From: Candidatus Collierbacteria bacterium UBA2277
GTDB lineage: Bacteria; Patescibacteriota; Microgenomatia; UBA1400; MFAQ01
Assembly (NCBI GenBank): GCA_002347045.1
Contig: DDWV01000001.1
Coordinates: 33,553 to 97,552, forward strand
Length of the DNA stretch: 64,000 nucleotides
Direction: 5' to 3'
A model generated the notes under the pieces. That model ran no database searches. It was not told the DNA's origin and saw only the letters and a program-made list of their open reading frames with translations. Positions 18,364-27,843 of this stretch are shown one piece after another. Numbering within the stretch: the first letter of the stretch is position 1; each line of letters starts with the position of its first letter. The translations under genes were made by a program, and so were the position numbers.

Positions 18364-20298
18364 TTATTTGCTTAGGTTATCGAGGTAGTCTTTGGCTGTT
18401 TGGGACTCGGGATTGAGCTCAATTGCTCTTTCAAAGGCTACTTTTGCCATGTCTATGTTTCCAAGATTTTGATAAAGAATTCCTACGTTTTGGAAGTTGC
18501 TACTTTCTGTTGGTGATAATTCTGTAACTTTGAGAAGGGAGTTTAGTGCATCTTGATAAAGTTGTGGATTGATTGTGGCTAGTGTTATCTCTGTTTTTGC
18601 TTTGGTTTTTATGATATTTAGATTGTATGGATTTAGCTGTTGAGCTTTGTTGATGTTGTCTATGGCAGAGTTAACATATTTTTCCAAAAAGCTATTAGCT
18701 TGTTTTTTGATGTCTGCTGATGCTGATGCCGGAAGTTCTGCAATTTGAGGAGCGATAACTTGGGAGGCAACAAGAGCATTGATGCTGCCTAGCTGAGCGT
18801 AATATATGGGCTCGTGTGGATTAAGTGTCACAGCCTTTTGGCTTTCCTCTAGACTTTGTTTTCCCTTGTTGTAGGCAATGTCTGCGGCCCACATTCGACG
18901 AAGTCCTAGGAGAAGCCAAATCGAGATACAAAAAACTAAAAAATAACCAAAAGTGGAGTCCAGCTTTAGTTTTCGGCCGATTATCTGAACTTGGTCGCTT
19001 GAAGCAAGTACTATTGCAGGACACAAAAAAAAGAAGAGGGCGATATTTACTACAGAAAAGCCAAAGTAATTGGTGATGAGAATCGAGATGAAGCCGAGAA
19101 AGAGTGGCTGGGATATGTTTGGCTCAGTTTTCCAGTTTTTGAGGTATATATTTGAGATGAATGCTATTAGTAATAGATAGGTAGCAAGTCCCACAAAACC
19201 TGTTGTGGCAAAGAAGTTTAGATACTCATTGTGTGCCTTGTTGTAGAGAAAATCAGCCTCAGAAGTGAGATTGTGGGCGGCTGGTCGTACCCAGTAGTAA
19301 GAGTAGCCAAAAGTCTCGACTCCTGTACCAAAGAATGGGCGTTGAAGGCCCAGTTTGATTGCCCCTTCCCAGACCACTCTGCGAATAGCCATAGAGTCTG
19401 AACCACCAATTCTTGTTTTGTTTTCCTCTTTGATAATAGTGTTTGTGTCGGAGTAGAAGGGATTAATCTTATTTAAAGAAGATAGGGTAAGTTGGATAGA
19501 TGGTCCCTTAAATATGATAATGATAGCGAAAAGGGGAACCAAAGTGAGTAAAAGCCAAGTCTTTTTGTTTTGGATAGAGCTAATAATAAAAAACATAAGA
19601 AGGATTACAAAGGTTGCTCCAATACCTGACTGTGATTTTGTAAAGGCAATGGCTGATAGATATAAGAGTGATAGCCCTAAATAAATGAGACGATTGGAGT
19701 TATTTTTTGATCTAGTTGCCTGAAAAAGTGAAAGGGGAAGTATGGCTACAAGGAAAGCTGATAGCCAGTTTGGTTGACCAAGGGTGGAGAAGACTCTATT
19801 TTGAACATCTTGCACCCAGACGTTTTTGTCTATTCCAAGACGTTCTAGTACGGCATATACGGAAACAATGGCAGCAGACGAAAGAATGGCTGTAATTAAG
19901 TTTTTGATAGCCTTTGGTTGATTTGAAAAATGAGTGACAAGGGCGTAGTAGAGAGTTATGTAGGAAATTGTAGAAACAAGGCCTCCATGAAAACGTGAAT
20001 AGTATCCCCAAAGACTTGTGTGAGGGTTTATGGAGATGATGGTTGAAATTATCTGTGAGGTGAGAAAAAGAAGAATGGGAATGTCTAAAGGGGTTTTGGC
20101 TATCACAAATTTTTTGTTTGAAAAAGACATTATTGCCCAGGCTGAAGCGATAAGAACAGTCATAAGGTAAACAAAGATCATTTTGTTGAACTCGAAAACT
20201 TCTGAGGTAAAAGGCCAGAGAATTAGTGGGGTCAGAAAAAAGAGAACATAAAACAATTGCTGGATGATTTTATATGGCTTGTTTGTGAAGTCGGGCAT
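18364..20298 (-). CDS. O-antigen ligase/polymerase-like polytopic membrane protein with C-terminal TPR repeats
   Basis: 644 aa; >10 predicted TM helices (Wzy_C-like topology); C-terminal TPR-like repeats (AYNKGKQ...AFERAIELNP). Confidence 0.55.
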   Translation of the reverse strand: MPDFTNKPYKIIQQLFYVLFFLTPLILWPFTSEVFEFNKMIFVYLMTVLIASAWAIMSFSNKKFVIAKTPLDIPILLFLTSQIISTIISINPHTSLWGYYSRFHGGLVSTISYITLYYALVTHFSNQPKAIKNLITAILSSAAIVSVYAVLERLGIDKNVWVQDVQNRVFSTLGQPNWLSAFLVAILPLSLFQATRSKNNSNRLIYLGLSLLYLSAIAFTKSQSGIGATFVILLMFFIISSIQNKKTWLLLTLVPLFAIIIIFKGPSIQLTLSSLNKINPFYSDTNTIIKEENKTRIGGSDSMAIRRVVWEGAIKLGLQRPFFGTGVETFGYSYYWVRPAAHNLTSEADFLYNKAHNEYLNFFATTGFVGLATYLLLIAFISNIYLKNWKTEPNISQPLFLGFISILITNYFGFSVVNIALFFFLCPAIVLASSDQVQIIGRKLKLDSTFGYFLVFCISIWLLLGLRRMWAADIAYNKGKQSLEESQKAVTLNPHEPIYYAQLGSINALVASQVIAPQIAELPASASADIKKQANSFLEKYVNSAIDNINKAQQLNPYNLNIIKTKAKTEITLATINPQLYQDALNSLLKVTELSPTESSNFQNVGILYQNLGNIDMAKVAFERAIELNPESQTAKDYLDNLSK

Positions 20299-20572
20299 GG
20301 GACTAGTTTAACATTTTTAAAATCGTACTTATGCTTAATATCAGACCTTTTGCCTTATACCTTTTGCAAAAACCAGACGTTCTTCACCTGCGTTGAGGCC
20401 GTCTTTGTGCTGCGGGTGAAAAAATTTTCTCTATGAGAAAATGCCATGCTTTTTCGCACGTGCGCAATATTTTTGAAAAGATTTAAGGCTACGGTCTATC
20501 GAGTTGAAAGTGATAATTTGAATATATTTTGCGTGCCAAATAATGAGGCAATCTGTTATTATTAGCCATATT

Positions 20573-21637
20573 ATGTTCGAGTCTTTGTGGCGATTAGCGA
20601 CGTTGGACGTGGGTATCGATTTGGGTACCGCTAATACTGTGGTTCATGTAAGAGGTAAGGGTGTTGTAATTCGTCAGCCGTCGGTGGTAGCTAGACACAT
20701 GAAGACTAAGGAAATTTTGGCAATTGGAGAAGAAGCAAAGAAAATGTTGGGAAAGAATCCTGCCAATATAGAAGTAGTACGCCCCTTAAGAGATGGTGTG
20801 ATAGCGGACTTTGATGCTGCTGAGGCCATGTTGAAGCATTATGTGGTTGAGGTTCATGAGTTTTATAAAGGACTGGGCTTTCGAATAGCTCGTCCGAGAG
20901 TAGCTATTGGAATTCCGAGCGGTGTAACAGAGGTAGAAAGAAGAGCTGTTCAGGAAGCTGCCTTATCTGCTGGAGCAAGGGCAGCCTTTTTGATTGAGGA
21001 ACCTATGGCAGCAGCCATTGGAGCCGGTCTTCCGGTAGAAAAAGCTGAGGGGCAGATGGTTTGCGATATTGGTGGAGGTACAAGTGAAATTGGAATTATC
21101 TCATTGGGTGGTTTGGTGTTGAATAAAAGTTTGCGTGTAGCAGGGGATGAATTAACAGAGTCGATTACAAATTATGTTCGTTTGAAGTACAACCTCTTGT
21201 TGGGAGAAAGTACTGCAGAGGCGGTAAAAATCAAGGTTGGTTCGGCATTTCCCCTGAAGTGTGAAAAAGATGGTAACCCTTTGAGTGTAGTAGTTCGAGG
21301 AAGAAGTTTAGAAAATGGTTTACCGATGTCTATGAAGCTGAATAGTGTCGAGATTCGAGAAGCAATGATGCCAATAATAAATCAAATTTTATCTGAAATT
21401 GCTTTGATTATTGAAGAAACGCCACCTGACTTGGTTGCTGATATTTTGGAAAAAGGGATGGTAATGGCAGGAGGAGGATCACTGATTCGCGGAATTGACA
21501 AGCTAATTTCAGAACAAACAGGTATGCCCGTGTGGGTGACAGAGACGCCTTTGGAGGCAGTGGTGCGAGGTTGTGCTAGAGTGTTAGAGAGTGACAAGCT
21601 TTTGGGCAAGGTGAGAGTTATTGGCGGTTTGAGGTAG
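20573..21637 (+). CDS. mreB: Rod shape-determining protein MreB (actin-like ATPase)
   Basis: ORF 20543..; internal start MFESLWRLATLDVGIDLGTANTVV matches the MreB N-terminus; actin-fold motifs DIGGGTSE, GGGSLIRG. Confidence 0.85.
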   Translation: MFESLWRLATLDVGIDLGTANTVVHVRGKGVVIRQPSVVARHMKTKEILAIGEEAKKMLGKNPANIEVVRPLRDGVIADFDAAEAMLKHYVVEVHEFYKGLGFRIARPRVAIGIPSGVTEVERRAVQEAALSAGARAAFLIEEPMAAAIGAGLPVEKAEGQMVCDIGGGTSEIGIISLGGLVLNKSLRVAGDELTESITNYVRLKYNLLLGESTAEAVKIKVGSAFPLKCEKDGNPLSVVVRGRSLENGLPMSMKLNSVEIREAMMPIINQILSEIALIIEETPPDLVADILEKGMVMAGGGSLIRGIDKLISEQTGMPVWVTETPLEAVVRGCARVLESDKLLGKVRVIGGLR

Positions 21638-21696
21638 GGGTGGTAAAATATTGACCATTGTTCTTTAAGTAAATCTATTTTGATCTGGAGGTAGAC

Positions 21697-22020
21697 ATGA
21701 AAAGAAAGCGTGACAGTTTTGCAGAGGAGTTTTTGGTTTTTTACTTGTTTGTGTTTGCTGTTTTTCTTGGAGTCCTTGGGGTTTCGAGAGGAATTTTTGT
21801 ATCCTCAGAAAAAGCACAAGTTGCTGCAATCCAACTCATCGATGTTGATGCTGTTGTGGGTACAAAACATGTTTATTTTGTGAACTGGCGAGGTTGTGAC
21901 GAAGGTGACGCGGCCATGTTTGAAATCAATCCCTTTGTTAATCAGCAAGGAGTATTGGTGGAAAACGTAGTCCTTTGTTCAGGCTGGCCTTTAAAGGGGT
22001 TTACTCCAAGAGTTAAATAG
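21697..22020 (+). CDS. Hypothetical small membrane protein
   Basis: 107-aa ORF with N-terminal TM; followed by terminator CCCCAGC-TTTG-GCTGGGG-TTTTTT at 22030-22052. Confidence 0.4.
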   Translation: MKRKRDSFAEEFLVFYLFVFAVFLGVLGVSRGIFVSSEKAQVAAIQLIDVDAVVGTKHVYFVNWRGCDEGDAAMFEINPFVNQQGVLVENVVLCSGWPLKGFTPRVK

Positions 22021-22073
22021 AGATATTTATAAATTCCCCAGCTTTGGCTGGGGTTTTTTGTGTAACGGAGACG

Positions 22074-22838
22074 TTATTGTTCGAGGACGATGATGAGATT
22101 TTCAAGACTATCCGAAAGGCTTGCTTCAAGGATAATCTCTGCTTTTTGCAGTGGTTCTTGAGATCCTGATATTATTTTTTTAATTTTGCCTACGACGAGA
22201 TTGCCTGGAATAAGCTCTCCGGGTTCAGTAAATACATAATCATCGACCGTTATCAGCGAAAGGTTGGGAATGTCGGAGATCTGAGGAGTGTTGTCAGAGA
22301 ACTTGAACTGCCCTTTTACCCCTGATGATGTGTGAATTGGGAAACTGATTGATCGATCTGAGTTTAGGGGGGTTATGGTGATTACTGAGCCTTTGACTTT
22401 TGTGACAGTACCTAAAAAAATTTTTCCTGAAACGAGAGGTTGTCCAACCTTGACCTCTTCTAGTGAGAGTGTGGATGAAACAGTGTTGTTTCCGATGGCA
22501 CCGGAGACTCTAACTGGTAGTATTGATTTGAAGTCAGATCTGGGTAAGAGAGTGTTTCTGTCGGCGAGGGATTGTTTTAGGAGTTCGTTTTCGGATAGTA
22601 TTTGAGCATATTTTGATTTGAGAGAGATGTTTTCATTGTTGAGAGAAGGGAATCTTTTGATAAAAGAAAACTGTTTGTCTGTAAACTGCCGCAGGTACCC
22701 TACAGGTGAGTGAATCGGTATTAGTATGGTGTAAAAAAAGGAGTCAATAGCATTGCCGATTTTTAGTTTTGTTGCAGTAGACAAAAGTATTGCAATGAAT
22801 AAAGGCAAAAGGAGTAAATCAATTTTTGTACTAATCAT
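22074..22838 (-). CDS. mreC: MreC-like rod-shape protein (tentative), on opposite strand to mreB/PBP2
   Basis: N-terminal TM, coiled-coil segment, C-terminal beta domain ending ...PGNLVVGKIKKI as in MreC; 254 aa. Confidence 0.5.
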   Translation of the reverse strand: MISTKIDLLLLPLFIAILLSTATKLKIGNAIDSFFYTILIPIHSPVGYLRQFTDKQFSFIKRFPSLNNENISLKSKYAQILSENELLKQSLADRNTLLPRSDFKSILPVRVSGAIGNNTVSSTLSLEEVKVGQPLVSGKIFLGTVTKVKGSVITITPLNSDRSISFPIHTSSGVKGQFKFSDNTPQISDIPNLSLITVDDYVFTEPGELIPGNLVVGKIKKIISGSQEPLQKAEIILEASLSDSLENLIIVLEQ

Positions 22839-22863
22839 TAGTTGGGTTATACTTCACTATATA

Positions 22864-23292
22864 ATGCTTGAAAATAGGCAATCCAAGAATACCATAAAAA
22901 TTGTAATCACAGTTTTAGTTATGGTAATTTTTGGTGAAGGTGTTTTGGGATGGGGTATCTATTGGCCATTTCTATTAGTTTTGCTTGGTTGGGAAGGTAT
23001 TTATTGGTTGGCTTTAGTGTCTGGAGTTCTTATTTCAATATTGAGAGGTATGTCTGTGGGTATGCCAAGTTTGTTTATTCTGATAGTGATTGGTGGTTTG
23101 TCTTTTGTAGTAAATGCGAGAAAAGAAATGAGTTGGGTGTTTGTGGTGATTAGTGTCGTCGCTAGTGTTGTATTTGATCTTGTTTTTGGCTTTGAGGTAA
23201 GTGTATTTGAGATTATCGGAGTGACTGTGTCAAGCGTTTTGGCTATATCGTGGTTTGATAGAACAGAGGCAATAAAAATTCGATATAGCTGA
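22864..23292 (+). CDS. Small polytopic membrane protein, possibly MreD-like (position upstream of PBP2)
   Basis: ORF 22753..23292; the first 86 nt overlap mreC on the other strand, so the internal ATG at 22864 is preferred. 4-5 hydrophobic helices. Confidence 0.3.
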   Translation: MLENRQSKNTIKIVITVLVMVIFGEGVLGWGIYWPFLLVLLGWEGIYWLALVSGVLISILRGMSVGMPSLFILIVIGGLSFVVNARKEMSWVFVVISVVASVVFDLVFGFEVSVFEIIGVTVSSVLAISWFDRTEAIKIRYS

Positions 23293-23293
23293 T

Positions 23294-24808
23294 ATGGAAA
23301 ATAATAATATATTCCATTTTGCTCGATTAACTTTAGTGTTGTTGGTTGCAATGGCTTTTTCAAGATTATTTTTTTTAACAGTGTTTATGGGTCGGCATTT
23401 TAGCGATCAAGCTTTGGGGAATATGATAAAAATTGAGAGAACTGCAGCAACGAGAGGTGTGATTAGTGATAGAAATGGAAAACCTTTGGCGATGAATATT
23501 GATAACAATGGAGAAGTGGTTAGGTTTTATCCTGCGGGAGAGGTGGTAGCAAGCGTTGTGGGATACTTGGGAAAGTCCGATGAATTATCGAATCTTGGAA
23601 GTGTTTTGGTTGGACGAAGTGGTTTGGAAAAAGAGTATCAGGATAGATTGGTTGGAAGTTTTGGAGAAACGATTGTAGAAGAAACAGCTCAGGGGGTAAA
23701 GAGAACTGAGATTAAAAGACGAGAAGCTGTTCATGGAGAAAACGTGGTTACGAACATCGACTTACCAATCCAACAAACTGCGTATTTAGCTTTGAAAAAC
23801 ACTCTTAATTCTGTTGGGGTAAGTGGGGCAGTCGTCGTGGCGACTGTAGATGGTCGAGTGCTGGCGCTGGTGTCTGCTCCTTCATATGACACAAATTTGT
23901 TTGTTTCGGGTGGAAAAAGAAGTGATTTTGGTGGTGACTTTAAGGATGTAAAAACTTTGTTGAGTGACACCGAGAAAAAGCCTTTGTTTAATAGGGCAAT
24001 TTCTGGGGACTTTGCTTCAGGTTCGGTTTTTAAGTTAGTTCCGGCGTTGGCGGCCTTGGAAGAAAATAAAATTGACAAAGATACTCTGATAGAAGATAGT
24101 GGTGAGATTGTAATTGGAGCTTATCGTTTTGGAAATTGGTTGTTGGATAAATACGGACAGACTGAAGGAAAGATTAACGTAGTAAAAGCTTTAGCTAGGA
24201 GTAACGATATTTTCTTTTACAAGATTGGTGAGTACTTGGGAGCTGATAAATTAATTTCATGGAGTAGTAAGTTGGGATTTGGTGAAGTGACGGGAATTGA
24301 TATTCCCGGAGAGTCTAGAGGTTTTTTACCCACACCATACTGGAGAGAAAGAGTTTTAGGTGAAAAGTGGTACTTGGGAAATACGTATCACTTTTCTATT
24401 GGTCAAGGAGACTTGACAACGACTCCTTTGCAGATCAACAGAATGACGGCAATGGTGGCTTCTGGGATAAAGTGCGATCCAAGGATAGTTGGGGTAGGTG
24501 AGTGTGTTGATTTAAAGATTAGTGAGGGGAATAGGCAAATTGTCTTGGAAGGAATGAAAGCTACTTGTAGTCCAGGGGGTACGGCTTTCCCTTTTTATGA
24601 GTACGAAGGAAAGCTTTACTGTAAAACTGGGACTGCGCAAAAAGGAGGAGAGGAGACATTGCCAAATGCTTGGTTTTCTATGGTGGTTCCGGTTGGAGAT
24701 AATGTTAAAGATTGGATTGTAGTTACAGTTTTAGTAGAAGAGGGGGGTGAGGGAAGTGCCGTAGCTGCACCAATAGCTAAGGAGTTGGTGCCTTTACTTC
24801 TAAAGTAG
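23294..24808 (+). CDS. mrdA: Penicillin-binding protein 2 (class B transpeptidase)
   Basis: SxxK (SGSVFK), SxN (SND), KTG (KTGTA) motifs in order; N-terminal TM; 504 aa. Confidence 0.8.
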   Translation: MENNNIFHFARLTLVLLVAMAFSRLFFLTVFMGRHFSDQALGNMIKIERTAATRGVISDRNGKPLAMNIDNNGEVVRFYPAGEVVASVVGYLGKSDELSNLGSVLVGRSGLEKEYQDRLVGSFGETIVEETAQGVKRTEIKRREAVHGENVVTNIDLPIQQTAYLALKNTLNSVGVSGAVVVATVDGRVLALVSAPSYDTNLFVSGGKRSDFGGDFKDVKTLLSDTEKKPLFNRAISGDFASGSVFKLVPALAALEENKIDKDTLIEDSGEIVIGAYRFGNWLLDKYGQTEGKINVVKALARSNDIFFYKIGEYLGADKLISWSSKLGFGEVTGIDIPGESRGFLPTPYWRERVLGEKWYLGNTYHFSIGQGDLTTTPLQINRMTAMVASGIKCDPRIVGVGECVDLKISEGNRQIVLEGMKATCSPGGTAFPFYEYEGKLYCKTGTAQKGGEETLPNAWFSMVVPVGDNVKDWIVVTVLVEEGGEGSAVAAPIAKELVPLLLK

Positions 24809-24817
24809 CTTATATAC

Positions 24818-24846
24818 TTGACAAATGAGTGTTATTGTGGTATATT
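24818..24846 (+). promoter_or_regulatory. Consensus sigma70-like promoter TTGACA-N17-TATATT
   Basis: TTGACA at 24818-24823, 17-nt spacer, TATATT at 24841-24846, directly after the PBP2 stop. Confidence 0.5.
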
Positions 24847-24854
24847 ATCGGTTA

Positions 24855-25641
24855 TCCTGAAAAAGGATGAACATTTAATTTATTTGATCAATCTAGATAT
24901 AACTTAGAGGCGTAAATATGAGCGTTCGGGATCCCCCGAAAGTTTATTAACTGATGGATAACTCCATCAGTTGTATCTAAAAGTGGAAACTCCTGCCAAA
25001 AAAAAGGAGGCCTATGGCCCGCTTTATGAATAAAATCCAAGTTATGCCTTCTGCCACCTAAGGGATTAGTGGTGTGTAGAGGCTGATGGGTGAGAGTCCT
25101 GTCCAGATCCATATTTGGGAACGCGAACCAAATATGGGAAAAGTGCTTAAGCATCCAGTCCAAGTTACGGGGTGAGGTCTTAATACCTACCACAATTAGC
25201 TACCGTCTTCTGAAAGAGCGGTTGGGTGTGCACAAACAAAAGATCAAAATTATCGGTATGAGAGGAGATTCAGTTCTAAGACAAATGGCCAATGGACAGC
25301 CCGCGGAAGTAATGGCTGCGTCCCCGGTTTTGCCTGACAAATTGAAAATCCTCTTGAGGAGTGAGCGGTGGGGTGGACAGCAAAGGTCACCCATTTTAAG
25401 CCGCTAGAGGTGGAAGGGGGAATGTGAGCCAGCTGTGGCAGCATTCCCTCTAAAAAAGTCCAGGGCAACAGTTCCCTGGCGCATACGATTTGCGGGAGGC
25501 ATGGTCTCGAACCGTGTTTTATTCCCGCCAGGGCGGTCATCCTTGGTATAGTACCGCGCCGTGAGCTTGTTTAAGCTCATTAAGGCGCTGGTGAATCCTA
25601 GGAGTCCCCCTGAAATCTGGCCCTTCTGCAGATACCGCAGA
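24855..25641 (+). ncRNA. Candidate large structured non-coding transcript (~790 nt) between promoter and terminator; identity unknown
   Basis: No credible long ORF. Many perfect hairpins: AACTGATGGA/TCCATCAGTT at ~24941-24968, CCATATTTGG/CCAAATATGG at ~25110-25145, GGGAATG..CATTCCC at ~25413-25449, CCAGGG..CCCTGG, nested GCGGGA[GGCATGG-TCTCGAA-CCGTG]TCCCGC. Terminator at 3' end. Confidence 0.3.
25608..25641 (+). terminator. Rho-independent terminator
   Basis: GGCCCTTCTGC-AGATACC-GCAGAAGGGCC followed by TTTTT. Confidence 0.65.
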
Positions 25642-25719
25642 AGGGCCTTTTTCTTGCTTAAAATTTGCTGTTTTGGTGTTTGTAGTAGAATACTTGGTTC
25701 GAAGTAAGGTATATTTTAT

Positions 25720-27744
25720 ATGGCAATGAAGAAATTAGTTATCGTAGAGTCTCCCACAAAAACAAAAAGTCTCTCCAAGTATTTGGGGTCTGATTTTGAG
25801 ATCTTGGCTTCTATGGGGCATGTGCGTGATCTTCCAAAAAGCAAGCTAGGAATAGAGATTACAGAAAAGGGGAGAGGTAAGTATGATTTTGTTCCTTCGT
25901 ATGAGTTGATGAGTGGAAAAGGAGAACAAGTGAAGAAGTTAGAAGATGCTGCTTCTAAAGTGGACGAGATAATACTGGCAGCTGATCCTGATCGTGAAGG
26001 AGAGGCAATTGCTTGGCATGTTGAGCACATTTTGAAGAGTTCTAGAAAGCTAGCAAATAAGAAAAATCTTGTTTTCAAAAGAATTTCATTTCACTCGATC
26101 ACAAAAGAGTCTGTCCTTGAAGCTTTAGAAAATCCACGAAAAATTGATATGGATATGGTAAATGCCCAACAAGCAAGACGATTCCTGGATCGTTTGGTAG
26201 GGTACAAACTATCTCCAATCCTTTGGAAGAAAGTCCGTAGAGGTTTGTCTGCCGGTCGTGTACAGAGTGTGGCTGTAGAGCTTATTGTAGAGAGAGAACG
26301 AGAAATTGAAAAGTTTAAGCCTGTAGAATACTGGCAAATTAAAGTGCTGGTAGCTACCGAAAAGGGCAAGAAACTTGAGATTGAGTTAGCAAAAATACGA
26401 GGAAAGAAGGCTGAAATAGGTGATTCTGAGAAAGCAAAAAAAATATTGGTTGATCTTGAGAAAGCGAAATATATTGTTTCAGAGATAAAGAAGTCTGAGC
26501 GAAAAACTTCCCCTCATGCACCATTTAAGACATCTACACTACAGCAGGCGGCGGCAAATGTGTTGGGTTGGTCTGCAAAAAGAACAATGAATGTGGCCCA
26601 AAAGCTTTACGAGCAGGGAGACATCACTTATCACCGTACTGATTCATTTTATCTTGCTCCAACAGCTATAGAAGCTGCTAGGAAGTTTATTGGTGAGAAC
26701 TATGGTTCTGAGTATTTACCAAAAGGGCCTCGATTGTTTAAAGCGGCAGGAAAAGTTGTGGCTCAAGAAGCTCATGAGGCAGTCAGACCTACACATATTG
26801 AGATTTCACCAGATGAGTTTACTGGTCAAGAAATGGCTACAGACCAGAAAAAACTTTATTCTTTGATTTGGAGAAGAACTGTAGGTTGTCAGATGGCTGA
26901 CGCCTTGTTTGACAATACCAAGGTGGTTGTGTCGGCAACTTTGGGAGATAGTAAGTCTTCTGATTACGAGTTGACAGCTACAGGAGTTGTGGTTAAGTTT
27001 GCTGGATGGAAAAAGTTGTTTTTGAAAGACAAGGATGAAGTTAAGGTTTTGCCAGAGATGGCAAAAGACGAGATCTTGGAGAAAAAGAAGGTTATAGGCG
27101 ATCAAAAATTTACTCAACCGTCGGCAAGATTCAATGATGCATCTTTAATTAAAGAGTTAGAAAAAAGAGGCATTGGAAGACCTTCAACTTATGCAGCAAT
27201 TATTTCTACTATTTTGGATAGACGCTACGTAGAACAGAGAGATAAAAAGTTTTTCCCAACTACCATTGGTATTGCTGTTGTAGATTTCTTGATGGAAAAC
27301 TTTCCACAAGAGATGGATTATGAGTTTACTGCAAAGATGGAAAACTCGCTCGATGAGATTGCCGATGGGAAATTGAACTGGGAAAAGATGTTGAGTGTTT
27401 TTTGGGATAAGTTTCGTGAACGAATTGTAAAAGTAGATAAGGATAGTGCAAGAGTCGGAGTGCCTACGGTGTCTACAGGAAAAAAGTGTCCAGAGTGTCA
27501 TGAGGGGGAGGTAGTAATTCGTGATGGAAAGTATGGAAAGTTTTTGTCTTGTTCGAGATATCCAGAGTGTACATACAAGGCCCCGTTTATTGAGTTTGTT
27601 TCTGGTGTCGCGTGTGAGAAATGTGGTAAGCGAGTCATTTTAAGAAAGACTCGTACTGGTCGTGACTTTTATGGTTGTGAAGATTATCCAAACTGCACAT
27701 GGGCTAGTTGGCATAAGCCAGGAACGAAAAAAGAAGAAAAGTAG
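25720..27744 (+). CDS. topA: DNA topoisomerase I with C-terminal zinc-ribbon repeats
   Basis: Toprim N-terminus (LVIVESPTKTKS), active-site region, three C4 zinc ribbons at the C-terminus (CPECHEGE..., CSRYPEC..., CEKCGK...); 674 aa. Confidence 0.85.
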   Translation: MAMKKLVIVESPTKTKSLSKYLGSDFEILASMGHVRDLPKSKLGIEITEKGRGKYDFVPSYELMSGKGEQVKKLEDAASKVDEIILAADPDREGEAIAWHVEHILKSSRKLANKKNLVFKRISFHSITKESVLEALENPRKIDMDMVNAQQARRFLDRLVGYKLSPILWKKVRRGLSAGRVQSVAVELIVEREREIEKFKPVEYWQIKVLVATEKGKKLEIELAKIRGKKAEIGDSEKAKKILVDLEKAKYIVSEIKKSERKTSPHAPFKTSTLQQAAANVLGWSAKRTMNVAQKLYEQGDITYHRTDSFYLAPTAIEAARKFIGENYGSEYLPKGPRLFKAAGKVVAQEAHEAVRPTHIEISPDEFTGQEMATDQKKLYSLIWRRTVGCQMADALFDNTKVVVSATLGDSKSSDYELTATGVVVKFAGWKKLFLKDKDEVKVLPEMAKDEILEKKKVIGDQKFTQPSARFNDASLIKELEKRGIGRPSTYAAIISTILDRRYVEQRDKKFFPTTIGIAVVDFLMENFPQEMDYEFTAKMENSLDEIADGKLNWEKMLSVFWDKFRERIVKVDKDSARVGVPTVSTGKKCPECHEGEVVIRDGKYGKFLSCSRYPECTYKAPFIEFVSGVACEKCGKRVILRKTRTGRDFYGCEDYPNCTWASWHKPGTKKEEK

Positions 27745-27771
27745 TTACATGACTTCATTGACCCCATAAGA

Positions 27772-27800
27772 TTGATTTAAGGTGTGTTTTCGGATATAAT
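27772..27800 (+). promoter_or_regulatory. Sigma70-like promoter TTGATT-N17-TATAAT within a 24-nt block duplicated at 29355-29378
   Basis: Block GACCCCATAAGATTGATTTAAGGT; -35 at 27772-27777, -10 at 27795-27800. Confidence 0.5.
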
Positions 27801-27843
27801 ATGCGAGCTGTAGAACATTAAATCTATCGAGGAGGAGGCTTAA

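Noticed and set aside
18821-19409. Short ORFs overlapping or antisense within the O-antigen-ligase-like gene
   Set aside because: They are embedded in a long membrane-protein frame on the other strand and have no independent signals.
25090-25407. 105-aa plus-strand ORF inside the putative ncRNA region
   Set aside because: It has no Shine-Dalgarno sequence, low-complexity Arg/Ser/Leu-rich composition and no similarity to anything recognisable. It is probably non-coding.
24855-25641. Assignment of the hairpin-rich transcript to RNase P RNA or tmRNA
   Set aside because: A P4-like AAAGTCCAGGGC string and a T-arm-like GGTCTCGAACC are present. I could not find the complementary P4 3' strand, the GGUGNGGUAAG / AGGGUGAAA blocks, or a tmRNA acceptor pairing or tag reading frame by eye. 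It is left as an unnamed ncRNA candidate.
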